Below the pieces are notes generated by a model. The model was not told the origin of the DNA. It made no database searches and worked only from the letters and a program-made list of their open reading frames with translations. A DNA stretch of 62,766 nucleotides from Hydrolagus affinis. Taxonomy: Eukaryota. Made by a program: the position numbers and the translations under genes. The stretch is taken from positions 1-62,766 of the forward strand of contig JAAILG010001711.1 in the NCBI GenBank assembly GCA_012026655.1, in the 5' to 3' direction. Positions 60,701-62,766 of this stretch are shown piece by piece. Within the stretch, counting starts at the first letter, position 1; the number at the start of each line of letters is the position of its first letter.

Positions 60701-62517
60701 TACAGATAATTGACTTTACAGTATATTCTATAAAGTGCTTTTATACATCCCAAAGATTCAACATTAAAGGACCTATACTCTCTTTACTATCTCTACCATT
60801 CACCTGTTTTCTATCCATTGAATGACTGGATCCCATTCATTTTTCTGTAGCTCCACCAAACCAGGGGGTTCTTCTAATCTGTAACTGTACATTAGAAACA
60901 CAAAATTGTTATCCTTTAAAAGTCAGTACACCAGCCTCTAATCAGACAGGTTTTCCTCAATTCTTTTTCTCCATTGATGAGCATATGATAATAATCCTTG
61001 CATTTTGATTTAAAACTTAAGGCTAAGACAATGACTTGGGCAAAGCCTTTTGCAAAATTAGCAAGTACTGTATGGGGTTCAAGCTAGTGAAAACATGGCT
61101 AAAAATAGTGAAAATTATTTGAATCGAACCATAGTAATAAATGCAAACACCTGCAAACATACCAAACTGTGTCTGTATCCAAGAATTTCAGAGCAGATCC
61201 TATCAATTGTTCCTTTGTTCGCTGGGTAGGGTTATCCAGAGCAGTGTTGCACAGAGTTGTCTAGTGAAAATAAACATTCATCAGATTTAGCATTTCACAC
61301 GTCCACCAACGCCTCGATTACGCACTTTGCTGGTATTTAGAAACCTTATCTAGCATTGCCTAACTTTACCAATGTTGTAACGTTCACCCAAAATAGTTTG
61401 ATTGTGTTATTTAAGATGATGAGTGTAAAAATACATCAACATACAAAGAAATAAGTGCCAGTACTTGTGGTTGTCGGGGTGTAAAAATTCTGCATCCCAC
61501 AAATAGTGGATTGAATGACCAGGATGGTGAGGCGCCGAGTGCCCGATTTGAGAAACGTCTGCAGGCAGCATCATAAGGAATATTTTTGTGTTTCCCTCCC
61601 AGGTTTGGGTTATGGAGGGAGCGAGTGGATATATGTGTGTGTGTGTGGGATGGGGAGATGCCTGTATGAAATCGGCCCACGAGCTGTCAGTTGGACCACC
61701 CTACATTCCCCATGAGTGGACACTGTCCTGTCTTACCAGGTGCATTGTAAAAAACTGTAAAGTGCCTCTCTGGGAATCCCACTCAGTGGCAACAGCCACT
61801 GCCAGTGCCTCACTTGGGACGGTGAATAACTTCCCCTGAGGCGTCCTCATCTTACGGCGGTCAAGATTTATCTCAAACAATCCTCCTGCAACAAAAAGAA
61901 GGTCCAGTAAGGACAACAGAGGCAAAGATGGGAACGTTGAACAGAGATCATAGCAATGGGGAATAATGCAAAATCCTTGCATTTGATAAGAGTACTTTAT
62001 CAAGTCTTCGAGATATCTCAAAGTGCTTCACAGGAGAATTTACTTATATTGTATTGTTGATGTATATTTTGTGGGCAAAACAGAATGGGAATCCTGGCGC
62101 AGTTTTTTTCCCCATGGGAAGTTGTGCCACTAATCTCTGGAATTCCTTATCTCTCATCGTTCGCTTGGCTCCCTCTCTCTCGGGGCTTCAAATTCCCTGT
62201 TAAAATTTATCCCTTCGACTGCGCTCACGATTGCCTCCCCCAACATGCAACCCCAACTGAGACGCTATCCAATGGGATAGTAATCACAATAATCATTGCG
62301 TTTGACACAGTCTTATCAGGTCCTTGAGGTGTCTCAAAGCGCTTCACAGGATATACTGTAAAGTGAATCGACTGTATATTTTGGCAGCCAATTGGGAACA
62401 GCAGCAACACAGGGGCTATGTTTAAAAGAAATAATACAATCCATCAGGTTACGGTAAAGAATACGAACCTACCTTCCCCTTGAGAAATGGAAACATTCTG
62501 ATAAAATTTCTTTCGAT
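57646..62517 (-). CDS. ATPAF2: ATP synthase mitochondrial F1 complex assembly factor 2 (ATP12 family); first coding exon beyond the window end
   Basis: Exons 62473-62517, 61737-61885, 61163-61260, 60804-60884, 59056-59168, 58212-58327, 57646-57783; RKKFYQNV, LAVAVATEWDSQ, LSRLEEQYQIEHWGSVEWAHD motifs. Confidence 0.95.
58212..58327 (-). CDS. ATPAF2: ATPAF2 exon 7
   Basis: QLKSVVLSL...AVLLSRLEEQYQ. Confidence 0.93.
59056..59168 (-). CDS. ATPAF2: ATPAF2 exon 6
   Basis: YDVVIGTSTDILGPNI...HLSSYNLWAL. Confidence 0.92.
59289..60108. mobile_element. Tigger/pogo-like MITE, long copy
   Basis: TIRs CAGTAAAAGCCTGTTTATCCG / CGGATAAACGGGCTTTTACTG with TA flanks; partial inverted third copy at about 8700-8777. 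Confidence 0.85.
60110..60426 (-). mobile_element. tRNA-derived SINE, full-length
   Basis: Reverse-complement copy of the same family. Confidence 0.85.
60804..60884 (-). CDS. ATPAF2: ATPAF2 exon 5
   Basis: YRLEEPPGLVELQKNEWDPVIQW. Confidence 0.93.
61163..61260 (-). CDS. ATPAF2: ATPAF2 exon 4
   Basis: TTLCNTALDNPTQRTKEQLI...FLDTDTV. Confidence 0.93.
61737..61885 (-). CDS. ATPAF2: ATPAF2 exon 3
   Basis: FEINLDRRKMRTPQGKLFTVPSEALAVAVATEWDSQ. Confidence 0.94.
62473..62517 (-). CDS. ATPAF2: ATPAF2 exon 2
   Basis: RKKFYQNVSISQGEG. Confidence 0.9.
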
Positions 62518-62766
62518 CTGGGTTTGTGAAAGAAAAAGGGTCAGAATTCAGATTGAGACAAATAATTTAGATAGTTAAATTCAATTTAATTTGATTTGCT
62601 CAAGAGATTCAAATCAACATTTTAAGCGCGCATCATTGCTATAACTGTGGGGTATAATGGGGGCTTGTGTCTGTGGGGGAGGGTGTTTTTTTTGGTATTA
62701 TCGGGGCTGTATCTGCGCGGGAAGGGGTATTATGGGAGGAATATATTAACGGGGGAATATTATCTC

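Overview
Vertebrate genomic DNA. Compact introns, dense tRNA-derived SINEs, L2/CR1 tails and a Penelope-type palindrome suggest a cartilaginous fish; this is inference only. The window holds the conserved block SREBF1(-) / TOM1L2(-) / DRC3=LRRC48(+) / ATPAF2(-), the same order as the human 17p11.2 Smith-Magenis region. I traced the exons by hand with consistent splice phases: SREBF1 exons 1-15 (3' end off-window), complete TOM1L2 (518 aa), complete DRC3 (522 aa, with two U12-type AT-AC introns) and ATPAF2 lacking its first coding exon. The most notable signals the ORF track misses are: (1) a 19-nt SREBP-1c-type alternative first exon (MDCTFE) with an NF-Y/SRE/Sp1 module and three DR4 (LXRE-like) elements; (2) a perfect SRE-1 in the 1a promoter; (3) a TOM1L2 cassette exon with a second I-x-x-W-L motif; (4) a decayed copy of a DRC3 exon inside a TOM1L2 intron; (5) a foldback Penelope-like insertion with a 15-bp TSD and hammerhead-like cores. 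I see no wholly new biological system. Coordinates were counted by hand and repeat boundaries are approximate.
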